From: Protoeuglena noctilucae
Taxonomy: Eukaryota
DNA: 64,000 bases
Assembly: GCA_958009085.1 (NCBI GenBank)
Contig: OY253668.1
Location: 2,046,001-2,110,000, forward strand
Reading direction: 5' to 3'
Position numbers and translations under genes: made by a program. This document shows positions 37,001-48,879 of this stretch, piece after piece (the stretch's first letter is position 1; each line of letters opens with the position of its first letter). The notes under the pieces were generated by a model. The model ran no database searches. It was not told the origin of the DNA and was given only the letters and a program-made list of their open reading frames with translations.

Positions 37001-39369
37001 TGTTAGTACCATGAAATGTACTAGTATGTGAGTTCCACATGCGCTCGATCGCTGCGGCTAGTTGCAGCCATCTCACCTCGTAGTTCCTGTCGAAGAGCAC
37101 GGTCATGCCCTCCTCGCGCCTGTCTGGCTTGATGAGGTGCCACACCGACCGACGCGTCTTCCACCAGCCCTGGGGGGAGGTGAGGGGGTGAGAGGGGTGA
37201 GAGGGGTGAGGGGGGTGAGGGGGGTGAGAGGGGTGAGGGAGGTGAGGGAGGTGAGGGAGGTGAGAGAGAAGAGGAGTGGATGTGGATGGGAGTCACGGTT
37301 GAGGTATAGTAATCACCATGCCAGTGCACACCCCCCCCCCCCCCCCCCTTCACCTCATACACGATGGCCAGTTCCCCGTCTGCCCACGCCACCCCCTCCC
37401 ACCGCTTGTCCGTCTGGCACAGGCGCTGCGGCTGGGCGTCGGGGTCCGCGGCTTCGAGGGTGTAGACGAGGTCCCTGGGGGAGTGAGAGTGGATGGAAAA
37501 GGGTGAGGGAGGGTAAACAAAGAGAAACTTGACATTCTCTGTTCTGTCTGCCACCGCTCCGCGCCAATGCCCACCTCTCCACCTCAACTCATCCCACCCC
37601 TCGCCGCCCCTCACCTGGGGACGCGTCCACCCCTGTCACTCAACCCAGCTATCTTCACCCACCCCTCTCCCACCCCTCAGCCCCTCACCTGTGCAACACC
37701 TCCCCCACCCCTCTTCACCCACCACCTCTCTCATCCCTCTCATCTCTCTCCACCCCTCACCTGGGCGACACGTCCACCCCCGGGTCCCCCCCGTCCTGGC
37801 ACTCCCCCCACACCAGCTGCGCGGGGTGGTCCGCGCGCCACGACACGTTGCGAGGGCCCGAGCGACAGGCATCAAATGCAATCGGGATGCTCTCGGCTAA
37901 GGGGAGGTCGCAGATGGTGCGGAGGGGGCGGCCATCGACAGACCAGAGCTCAATGACCTGGGGGGAACGGGGGGAGGGGATAGGTGAGGGGGAGGTGTGA
38001 GGTGAGGTAATTGGAACGAAGAGCACAGGGGGGGGTGAGCAGGGTGCGGTGGGTGGGTGGCGAGGGATGGGGAGGCAAGCTAGCCGTGTGCAGCGGGTAG
38101 CATCATGACGTGGATGGCAGTGGTCTTGTCACCCACTCCGACTGTAAAAACACCGACCATCCAAGGCCCCCCAAGGCCACTCCATCTCGTCTCCCTCCCT
38201 CGCCTTGGGGAACCTGCCGCACGGCACGAGGAAGGAGTAGGGCCGCTTGAGGTAGGAGACGAGGAGGTGCTGCTTGTCGGGGCTGGCGGAGACGGAGGTG
38301 TAGAGGCGGGGGGGGCCGATGCGGGTGGCATCTGCCGTGGAGAGGCGCACTGACACCAGCTCTGGGGGGGGAGTGGAGAGGAGAGGAAGGGTGAACAGTG
38401 GGAGTAACGATAAGTAGCTTCAGGATGGGAACGCGCACTGACACCAGCTCTGGGGGGAGAGCATGATTGGGAGGGGGTGAGAGTGGGAGTGGTTTAGACT
38501 GAGTTGACGAAATGATAAGAGAAGGAGGGCGGGGGAGGGAAGCATGGCGCGCATGATGTGGACGCGGTGTGCATCTCGCCACACCCCCTCACCTGCCGTG
38601 CCGTAGTAGTCGAACAGCGCCTCGTCGTGCTCGTCTTTGAGCAGGTCCTGGTACGTCCTCGCCTGCGCCGTCTCCCCCCTCACGTTGCACTGCACCTTGG
38701 GACCCAGAGGCTCGCGGGGGCGCTCAGGGGGGGGGCCGCGGCCCTGGGGTGGCAGGGGAGATGCGGGGGATGAGAGAGGCGCGGGTGTGCGGTGGGGAAG
38801 CCGGGCGGGCCGCATGATATTGCCCGCATCCACACCCCAACACTCGCACTCGCACCCACCATTCGCACCCACTCCAACCCTTCGACACGCATAGAGCTAC
38901 CATCCGCACCCACCATCCGCACCCATTCCAACCCCTGCACCCACTACGCACAACCCTCACCCATCCCCCCACCCCCTAATCCACCCACCTCCGGAATGAC
39001 GGCGGCCACGATGGTGTCCCCGTCCAGCCACAGGTAGTCCTCGAACACCACGTTGAGATTGCAGAGCAGCCGCTTGGCCTGGAGCGTCTCCACGTCCGCC
39101 ACCCACAGCTCCAGGGGCGCCCGGGGTGGGTCTGAAGGCCCTCCCGCCGACCGCAGCGTGAATGCCACGTGTCGCGAGTCGGGGGACCACGACACCATGT
39201 TCACCCAGCACCCGGGGGGGATGCCCTGGACGGACCTGGGGGGGGGAGAGAGGGGGGAGAGGGGGTCGTAGAGATGGGATGGTTACAGGAAGACGTGGAG
39301 GGGCGAGGCTGTGTGTGCCTCATTAGTCAGAGCGGATGCGAGTCACAAGCTTCCCACTTGTTTGCTATC

Positions 39370-39423
<54 letters not shown>

Positions 39424-40315
39424 CCCCACACACCCTCCCCTCACCTGAGCCTCTCCCCCGGCTGCGCCGGCAGTGCCAGGTCCTCCCCCACCTCCACCAC
39501 GTCGATGCTGACGTAGTGGGACATGCGGGACCGGGAGTTCTGCTCGGGATCGATGCGGAGACCCGCCAGGCGCACGTCCTTGCGCGCCAGCTCTGCGCGG
39601 GTCAACAACAAGGGTCAGACAGGTACCATCGATAGCTGTGCACGCACAGCTACGCATCGTGTGATGAGGCAAGTGAAATTAACATCGAAATTAACATCGT
39701 TGCGAAGCAACGACCGTTGACATCCGACACGTGCCACGCGCTCCATGCAGTGTGTGCCTGGCTATCTGCTTAACCGCCATCTGGGATGGATGCCTCACCC
39801 GCGATGGGAGGGAGGGGCTCGGCGTTGTTCAGCTGCAGGACCCACTTGCGGTCGGGCGAGAAGCTCAGGGACGGCTCCAGGGGCATGTCGACGATCTGGC
39901 GAATCTCGTCGGGCGGCATGCGGTAGCCGCTGCGGGCAGGGGAGCGGAGAGCAACAGGCGCGACGTGTGCTTCGAGGCAACGTGCTGCCATGGCGCGCGC
40001 GGGCAGAGATCCACCGTGGATAAAGGCGATGAACGAAAGGAAAGATGCAGCTGGCACGCAGCGCGGCGAGGAGGTCTCCTTCGCGGAGAGCACGCACCTC
40101 CGGGGAGCCTCGGCTCCCCCGGCATTGGGGGCCGCAGTGGGCGCCATGGCGATGCTCCTGGCGATGACGGAGACTCGTCCTGCGGCTGCCGCGGCAGCGC
40201 GATGCGCGGGGGAAGCCTCCGCGCCGGCTCGGTGGAGGGGGAGAGGGATGGAGCGCCCGACACGGGTGAGGGGAGCACTGCGCGCGGGGACGGGGCGCGT
40301 GCATAAGCACGACAT
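34012..40315 (-). CDS. CGEP: Chloroplast glutamyl endopeptidase (peptidase S9D, CGEP/GEP), many exons
   Basis: GYRMPPDEIRQIVD, WAYPREFKSKEAAGQVRRSPYRF, nucleophile motif GGHSYGAFMTANLLAH, ARSGAYNRTLTPFGFQ, LLIHGEDD, LPHESHGY. Confidence 0.95.
37180..37266. repeat. Intronic (GAGGGGTGA)n-type microsatellite
   Basis: About nine imperfect 9-bp units in a CGEP intron. Confidence 0.85.
39373..39424. repeat. Compound (CT)n(CA)n microsatellite
   Basis: Directly visible in a CGEP intron. Confidence 0.95.
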
Positions 40316-40988
40316 ATGGGGTGGCAGATGGCACCGCGAATCCGACACGCGATTCGAGAAATCGGCGCTGGCGAGGCAGACGATTGGTGGGGCGATGGTG
40401 CGACCCCTCGCGAGCGTCATCCGCGCGACAGGGCAGGGTCACCCGGGCAGGATCTGTCGCATGGGAGCGGTTAAACTCAGGCGGAGGAAGGCGGACGGGA
40501 AAGCGGCTGCCCTGTGCATTCACCGCGCGGCTCGTCCGGCAAAGACTGTGCCGCGGGGCCCGATGTTATGCGATTCCCACAAGGTCGCCGCCAGCGAGAC
40601 AAGTGGGGCAGACACAACTGTCTGCCCCACGCTCAGACTTCGGTTACTTCTCCCGGTCCCCGTCTGACGCAGGGACCGACGCACCTGGGGTTTTCCACGC
40701 CCCAGTACACAGGTCAACTCGCCACGTGTTGTTCCGCATCCATCGCTCACAGCTATAAGTAAGACGCCTGTGTGACCAGGCTCGCAATCAGGCCCGCGAT
40801 ACCAAAGTATTTGGCACTTTCAGCTCCTTGGCTGTTTCTTCACCATCTGCTTTGCTCGCTGGCTCGTACTCATTTGAGTAGTTTGCATCTTTGGAGTGGG
40901 GCTTGAGCTGGAAGGATAACCAGCTGGTGGAAGCGCCACCAACCAGCTGGTGGACGGAAGCGCCACCAAAGCGCTGTGGGAGCAACCC

Positions 40989-42817
40989 ATGCCGCCCAAG
41001 GCCGCGCCCGCGTCATCCGCGACCGCACCTTCCGCTGAATCAGACAAGGATGTCATGCGCGTCGTCCACGCGGCCGCATCGTGCCTCTCCGGCTTCGTAG
41101 GTCAGGGTTAGGGCGTTGACAAGGCCAGTTTCGTCGTTTGACCGGCCCTCACTGAGTCCACCAACGCGCCCTTATCCCCGCAGCGGGATCCAGTGCGGCC
41201 TCCCTGGTCCAGCCACTCGACGTGGTCCGCACGCGCATCCAGATCGAAGCGGCCAAGGGCGCCAAGGTCACTGCGGGCCAGGCCCTAGCAGCCGTCCTCA
41301 GGTGGCGTGGCGGCACTGATTGGGTGCAATTGGTTGCCGTCTGCTGTGGCAGCTTACTGGTGTGGGGGTGGGCGATGCCGGAGTGGGCTGCAACAACGCC
41401 GACCCCATCCTCGCCACCCGCGCAGGGAGGGCCGGGTGGCGGGCAAGGGCACCCTGCAGACGCTGTGGCGCGGCGTGCGCCCCGCCATGGCCCGCCTGGG
41501 CACCGGGAACGCCTCGTACTTCCTCTGGCTGCAGCTCTGGCGACGCGTGTTCGGTGCGTGCTTGGCGTGGGTTGTGACGCTGACACGCAGTGAAAGCTGT
41601 CGTGGCTGCCGTCGTGGCTGGTCAGCGTAAAAGGCCTGCCAATCGCGCTGCCATTTCCGGGAGGGAGTCGTGACCCGCACGTCACACCTCCCTGCCCCAC
41701 AGAACGCCGTGGCCCGGACGGCCGTCCCCGTCCAAGCGCGTGGAGCTCTTTCCTGGCCGGGGGCGCCTCGGGTCTCTGCACGAGCGTGGTGCTCACCCCC
41801 TTCACGGTCGTCAAGACGCGCGCCGAGAGCGGCATGGTGGCCAGGTGACACTCATGTCATCGAACTCATGTTATTGCCACAGTGCAGGGTTGATGGTCGT
41901 CTCTAGCTGAACCGCCGCTGTCCCTGCACCCATGCACCGCATCGAGACATTTGAACTCGCCCGTTCTCATTCGCAGCCAGGGTGTCTTCCACGCCATGGG
42001 CGGCGTGCTGAGGGAGGAGGGCGTCCGGGGTCTCTTCCGTGGCCTCGTCCCCACCATGGCCACCATCGGACCCTTCGCCGCACTCTTCCTGGCGGTATAC
42101 ACACAGGCGAGGATCAAGCAAAGTGCTCTGCGCTTCACTGCTCATGCATGGAGAGACATGGTGTCTTGACACATGGGCATGTCCAAGACCCTCACACGTT
42201 CAATCCCGCACCTCCACTCATGGCTTCTTTGTACATAGACATGTCCAAGTCCCTCACATGTAGGTACCTGCATCGTTGCAACCCCACTCGCATCGTCGCT
42301 TCCCCCCAGGTCCGGTCGCGCCTCATAGACCGATGGGGCCACCGCGTGCCCTCCCCCGTCCTCAACTTCGCCTCGGGATGCGCCGCGGCTGCGGGGTCGA
42401 CTCTCAGTGAGTGGCCATGCATAGATAGATAGCTGCCGTGCCCCTCACCTGTCAGCTGCTGCCATGGCGACCGTACATGTGACCCCGCTGCACATGCTTG
42501 AACATGCTTGCACCTCCCGCCCCTCGCATGCACCCTTGTCCTCATCATCACCCTCATCCTCGTCGCCCCCCGCAGTTACCCAGCCCATGGACGTCCTACG
42601 CACGCGCGCCCAGATGGGCCTGTCGGGCCCCTCGGGCGTCCTGGCCCTGGCTGCCAGCATCGTGGCGCAGCAGGGCGTGGCGGGGCTCATGTCCGGGTTC
42701 GGACCCCGCGTCATGAAGCGCGGCCTGCAGACGGCTTTGGTGTTTTCGATCTTTGAGGAAGTGAGGCCGCGTGTGGATGGGTTGCTCGTCAACGCCGCTG
42801 CCCAGGTACTCCACTGA
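40989..42817 (+). CDS. Mitochondrial carrier family (SLC25) protein, possibly SLC25A38/Hem25-like
   Basis: Three carrier signatures: QPLDVVRTRIQ, TPFTVVKTRAES, QPMDVLRTRAQ; also REEGVRGLFRGLVPT. Confidence 0.9.
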
Positions 42818-43150
42818 GTGAGTCGCGTCTCCCGACCCTTCGTCACGCTAGCTCCAACCCCTTGCCCCGACAGCGTGTGACTGTGGCTGTTGTGACCGTG
42901 CCTTGTTCCTGAGCTAGACAGCCCCCCCATTCTCGCGACCTCTCACTGGTTTGAATCGCATCGTGGATGCCGCTGCGGTCGGACATGAGCGTGGCCATGA
43001 CATGACGTGGTAATGGAGCGAACAACGCAAACGGGGGCAGGGACGGTGCCGCCCCGCCGCTGCCCTGCTGGACACTGAGTGACGGTCAAGCGCCACACCA
43101 ACACGCTGCGCCGAGGCGGCTATCCCATCCAAGCTGCGCGAGCAGTGACG

Positions 43151-45930
43151 TCAGGGCGTGGCGGGCGCTGCTGCCGGCGTGACGGCCGTGACGGGCGTGG
43201 TGGGAGTGGTGGCCGCGGCAGGGCCCGTGGCTGCCGCCGGGCCCGTCGCGGGCGTGGTGGGGCCCGTCGCGGCACCCGCCGGCTGCTTGTTGAGGAGGTA
43301 GATGGTGCACCTGGGATGGAGACGAAGCGCATAGCAGTGAGCCTCACGAGCGAGCTATGCCCCAACTGACGACTCTTCTTACTAAGAGGTGCTCTCAGTG
43401 ACCCCTCCTGCGCCCTCACCTGAGCTGTGTGATGCCCTGTCCCTGCGTGGTGGGGTTGGCCAGGAGCTTCTGCTCCTCGGCAGACACGGGGATGGAGCCC
43501 GCGGGGCACGTGCAGGTGCCGTCCGTCGCGACCTTGCCGAGCACGATGGAAGCTCGGGAGGGAGAGACGAAGATGTGGTCAGAGATTAATGTATATGGGT
43601 TGACGATTGAATGCGGGAGGTCGCACTTTTTGGATGGGGTGCGTGGATGTGGAGATGGGTGGGTCAGTCGGCGCACTGAGCCACGCATGCAGGGAGCCAG
43701 GCATGCGCTAAGATAAGCATCCCCTGCCCCTCACCGCGGGAGGAAGACCCAGCCGCAGCTCCCGTGGGTGCCTGCCCAGCGGACGCCTGCACCACGCCAG
43801 GGCCGACCTGCAGCGCAGGGCAGAGCACTTGGCTGTGAGCAGGGCTCATGTGTCAATGCAAGCCAAACAAGAGCGATGGCCCCTTGCAAACTCGCCTGGT
43901 TGACCTGGGACGTGCCTCCGCCCGTGGCCTGGTTGACTTGCGAGGAGCCGCCGCCCGTGCTGCTGACCTCTGAGACGGAGCTGCCACCGCCACTCGTGTT
44001 GACCTGCGAGGTCGGCCCCGCCCCTCCGCCGGTGGTGTTGACCTGGGACGTGCCCGGCACCGAGTTCACCTGCGAAGTCGTGCCCGCCGCGCCACCCGCA
44101 GAGGGGCCAGCAGAGGTGCCGGCGGGGGTGCTCTGGGTGGCGATGCACACGCAGTTGCTGCCGGGCTGCGGGGGTGCAGCAGGGGCAGAGGTGTCGGCCA
44201 TTGGTCGATGGGAACTTCGGCAGAGCAAGGCGCACAACCAACACCCTGTGGCTGCCATGCACTACCAGCCGTGCACTGAGCCTGCATATCCTGTCCCTGG
44301 CCGCGCGTCCCTCACCTGGGGCGTGCTGGTGGGGATCTCCTGGCCGTTGATGTAGACCTTGCCGTTGACGACCACCACGCTCTGCCCGCCCTGCGCCAGG
44401 TTGGGCGTGGCCGACACCCCGACGCCGCGCGTGGCCGTGGCCGAGGCCGGCTGCCCGTTGCAGAAGGTCTGCCCGTTCACCACCGTCACGGACGCGCCGG
44501 CCGGGCACGTGGCCACGCTGCCGCCGCCCGACACCGGCTGCCCGTTGCAGAAGGTCTGCCCGTTGATTTGCGTGATGGACGCGCCGGGGGGGCACGTGGC
44601 GCTGCCGGAGACGTTGACGGACGAGCCTGGGGAGGGCAAGGCAGGCGGGCGCTGGCACCAGGCGCGATCGACAAGAACAACATGAGATGCGAGACGGATG
44701 GGGCGTGGTGATGACATGTGACATGGCACACGTGGTTCATGACCTCAACGCCAGCTCCATTCTCACCTCCCTGATTGACCTGGGACACGGAGCCCCCACC
44801 GGTGCTGGTGTTGATGGAGGTGGTGCCGCCGCCCCCACCGGACACGACAGAGGAGACGTAGGGCCCCGCAGACCCACCGCCCGTCACGACCGTCGAAGTG
44901 CCGGTGCTGACCGCGGAGGGGGCGGTCGTCGGGGGCGGGGTGGCACCCGGCCTGAGCCGCAGAGTCGGCTGCGGGGGTGGCAAGGGCGGCCGTTGGCGTG
45001 TTGCCAGCAACGTGTCAGGCCGAAACTCGCAGCGACATCGCAGCCCAACAATCAACTACAGAATGCATTTGCAGTGCCTCACCCGTCCGTTCTCCGTGAC
45101 GAGCTCGAAGGGCGCGCAGAGGGTCTCCAGGTCCTGGGTGCTGAAGTCCACCGTGACGCCCACCCCCGCGGGGCTGACGGGGGTCGCGGCGGCTCCCGGC
45201 GTGCCGCACCCTGAGAGATACGATGGAGGGGAGGGTCACGTGCTTGCCACAGATGGGCTGCGCCAATGGGACGGTGGGGCAGGGCACACCGCCCTCACGT
45301 ACGCGTGTCGCAGCCGCGCTCACCGGTGGACGGGCACGGGACGCACTGGCGCAGGAGGATGGATCCCGTGCGGAGCTCGGAGACTTGCTGGCCGGGAGGA
45401 CAGCCGCCCGGGGGGACGAGGTCGGTGCAGACGGACGTCCCCGCGCAGGGGCCCGTACCGCCACCGCCCACGGAGAGCATGGGCCCGCCCGCTCCGCCGG
45501 TGACGATGGTGCCCGAGGGCGATATCCCGACGAACTGGGAGAGGCGCCTGGGGCCCATCGCGCGCCACGCGTCGGGGCCTGCAGGGGCGCACAGCGACGT
45601 GCCTCAGTTGGCTACCGAGGCGCAGGGACGGGCGACCTGGCCTCGCCAGTGGAAACATCAGGGGCTCTTTAAGCAGTCGCGGGTGACAACGTGCCGGCCA
45701 ACGGCCCCGGCGCGCCAGATGCGGGGATGGGCGAGGCGCGGGCCGCGGCCCCCGCCGTTCGGTCGCGCTTCCTGCGTTTGGCCCCCCACGCGCATCTCGG
45801 CTAACATGTTTTCACTCGATTCGATGCACGGGCTCTCGAACTCGCCTGGGATGGCGCTGGCGGGTGCAACGAACGCGCCGAGCAGCACCGCGGCGCCGGC
45901 CGCGCTGAGGAGGGGGCGTCTCGGTGCCAT
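43151..45930 (-). CDS. Secreted Gly/Ser/Thr/Cys-rich repeat protein of unknown family
   Basis: Signal peptide MAPRRPLLSAAGAAVLLGAFVAPASA; repeats TCP(P/A)GAS..(I/V)NGQTFCNGQP x2; (T/S)SQVN repeats; C-terminal T/P/A-rich tail. Confidence 0.75.
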
Positions 45931-46070
45931 GATGTTGGAAGAGGGCGAGAGGAATGCTTTGGGGCGAGGCATCGGCCGGCATCTTCAACGGGCGCGGGAA
46001 TGACGCATTCATCTGACAACAAAACCACTGGCAGAATGACGCGGGCCCGCGTCCTCTCGTCCTCGGCCGT

Positions 46071-47369
46071 TCACACCAGGTCGACGCTGGGCACGTCGGG
46101 CTCGTCCAGTCCCTGCGCCATGGCGTCCACCTCATCAATCTCGGGCAGGTCGAAGAGGACGTCCTCCGGCCGCTGGCCCAGGATGAAGCCCTTGACGACC
46201 TGCTCGGGGTCCGGCCGCTTCGCCGCGTCCACGACCAGGAGCTGGTCCTTGGTGATGCGCAGGATGGGCTCCTTCATCGACGTGGGGTCGTCGGCCCACT
46301 CGATCGGCGGGCTCAAAACGGCCCCCTGCTCCCCGTCCGCCATCAGCGCGTGCTCGAAGCTCAGGCGGTACGGCTTCTGCGGCGAGGGCACATGGACGGG
46401 CGTCGAGAGTGCGCCCTGACACGCAGCGGCGCGTCGAAGTGTGCCGGCCCTAGGGTCTCGCCTGCGACTTGACGCGCAGGAAGACGACCTTGTGCGTGAC
46501 GCGGATCTCTTCCAGCTTGCCCTTCATAATGTCGGATGACTTGATGGACATCCACGGCATCGCCTGGTAGCGGAAGAAGCCCCGATGCGCGGCGCCATCC
46601 ACCTGGCACGGCGAGAACTCGGCGTCGCCCACCTTCTTCACAAACACCTCGGAGAAGTCCAGCTCCCCCGCCGAGTTGGTGCTGCGAGGCCAAGTGGGAC
46701 GCAACCGTCACAGGGCACCCTTGCCCAGGCCGCCCCCGCCATCGTGGTTGACACCCCACCACACACCCCGCACACCCCGAGCGAGGCTGGAGCGCAAGTC
46801 ACAGTGCCACCTACCCTCTGCTGATACGCATGTGTGTCCATACCAACGCCATTGTAAGCTAACGCAAAGGCGTCGCACCTGACGAGAAACTCGGCGTTCT
46901 CGGTGTTGACCTGGTGGTAGGCCTTTCGGTCCGTGCTCAGGGGTGATGAAGAAGGCGACGGGGAACCCTGGTTGCTGGCCGCCGCCGCCCCCTGCGCCTG
47001 GGCCTTCACTTTGCGACCCCAGGCATGCACTGCGGGCACGGCGCGAGGTTTGGAAGCTCCTCAGTCCTTCCAGCGATGCTGTATATGCCATGCTTCGATG
47101 GAGATGCGCCAGGGCCACTGTTGGCGGCGAGCGCGGGCCTGTGCGGGCTGCCCCGCGTCGCAACGCTTGTAGTGCTGGCCCTGGCCGCGCATGAGGATAT
47201 ACTCGCCCGCGCTCTTCTTCAGCGCCTGCGTCCATCCGCCCTTTACGTCATCCCGTGGCCGGCCGTCATGCAGGACGCCCCAGGAGGACGGAGACCGAGG
47301 CCGCCATACCGGACGCGACGGGAGGGCGCAGACGCCGCAGGAAGTCGTCGCCGCCACGTGGCAGTACAT
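46071..47369 (-). CDS. Hypothetical protein (multi-exon, no family recognised; start uncertain)
   Basis: Coding-like exons such as ELDFSEVFVKKVGDAEFSPCQVDGAAHRGFFRYQAMPWMSIKSSD and KPYRLSFEHALM...DVPSVDLV*, with splice-like boundaries. Confidence 0.6.
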
Positions 47370-47772
47370 TTCGACACCGGTGTTTGACGCGATGAGAGTC
47401 ACGCAGCCTCTGAAAAACGCCCCACGGCCGCTGCCCAGCTTTAAATGGGGTTAGATTGGGGCTTGGCTTGGAGGAGGTTGTTAGAAGGACCGTCAGAAGC
47501 GGACGGGAGAGGCACAGGCGAGGGGACGCGAGCGCCACGACGGAAAGCGACTCCAGGCGCTGCGCCAGCCGCGCCACTACACGCGTCAGTCCCAGGCGAG
47601 ACTGATTGTGCGCGCTGATTCAACCCTGCAACGACATCTCTGCGAAGATGACGAACTCTTGCTGCATTCGCGGCACTTGGATAGCGCGGACGGCACGAGG
47701 CACGCCCACACACCCATCGCTCGCTTGCTCAGAGAAGAATCCGAGGGTCTGAACTAACAACGCGACCCCTCC

Positions 47773-48568
47773 ATGGTGCTAGGGGGGCTGACCAAACCAC
47801 TGAGGGGGATCCTGCAGGCAGGAAAGCAGTTCCTGGGCCTACGGGAGCTCGTGGGAACCGACAGCCTCGGCACCAAGTATTACAGGCAATTTCCGCGGCT
47901 GCGATGCTCCACTTCGTCTATCTAGCATCGCGTACGCTACTGGTCGCGAAGGGGCCGCGCTTTGCCGCGCCCTGCCACAGGTACAAGGAGAAGAACGACT
48001 ACGGGGACTATGTGGAGCGAAGGGAGTGCAAGCCGAGGGAGCCAGACGCATGGAACGTGAACATGGTGGGTGCATACACCAGTAGGTCTCTCGGCAGGCC
48101 AACCAACGCCACCTTGAGGCTCGATGCGCCTTCTGTCCTCTCGCGCAGGTGCCCCCCGCTTGGCGACAATGGCTCGGGGGCAATCGGGAGTCCCCACCCA
48201 CCCAGGAGGAGCTCGCCAAGTCTGAGGAGCGGGTGGCGCTGGTGCGGGCCCGGGCTGCGGCCATACAGAAGGAGGAGGAGCGTCGGCGCTTGAGGTCCGG
48301 GGGTGGCCCCTCTGAACACTGAACGCTGCTGGAAGCATTTGCCAGTCCCGAGGGGCAATAGCGGTTTCATCGGGGTCTTGGTGCCGCTTGCAGGGGCCAG
48401 TTCGGGGCGTCGTCAGAGGAGAGTCCGTCGATGGAGCAGGTGCTGCGGCAGCTGCAGCAGGCGGGGCACGCACCCCCGGGGGACAAGTATGCGGTGCCTC
48501 CCCAGGCGGGGAAGGGGTCGGGCGAGACCTTCGAGGCGGAGCCGTGGCAGCCTGGCAAGCGAGCGTGA
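47773..48568 (+). CDS. NDUFA12-family complex I assembly factor (NDUFAF2/mimitin-like)
   Basis: ELVGTDSLGTKYY, VPPAWRQWLGGNRESPPTQEE, C-terminal ETFEAEPWQP. Confidence 0.85.
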
Positions 48569-48879
48569 GCCGGGCCGGGCGAGCGCCGCCGTTCAATGGC
48601 GGGGCGCGGGCCGGCCACCCAGCGGCCGGGATGGAATGCGAGGATCACGGGCCCGGCACACACGGCGGGGGCCAGAGGGGCGGCGTGCAAGGGGCGCGCG
48701 CCTGGGGTAGGGCGGCGGGGATCGCGACGCGGCGTCACATCGGGGGTCGCGCGATCTCGGAAAGGGGTCCCCGGCTAAGGTCTAGATCGCTGAACAGAGT
48801 GCGAGTCCGTAGGCAAGCCCGGCAGGCGCTAGCGGGCAGGGGGCAGCCACACGGAGCAGGCGTGGCCTCCGGTGCGGCC

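Noticed and set aside
40918..40968. Short direct repeat accagctggtgga...agcgccacca upstream of the mitochondrial carrier ATG
   Set aside because: Only two imperfect copies and no evidence of function.
43120..43509. Arg/Pro-rich C-terminal frame for the secreted protein
   Set aside because: Splice phase (CTC AG|G TGC) selects the T/P/A-rich frame ending at 43151 instead.
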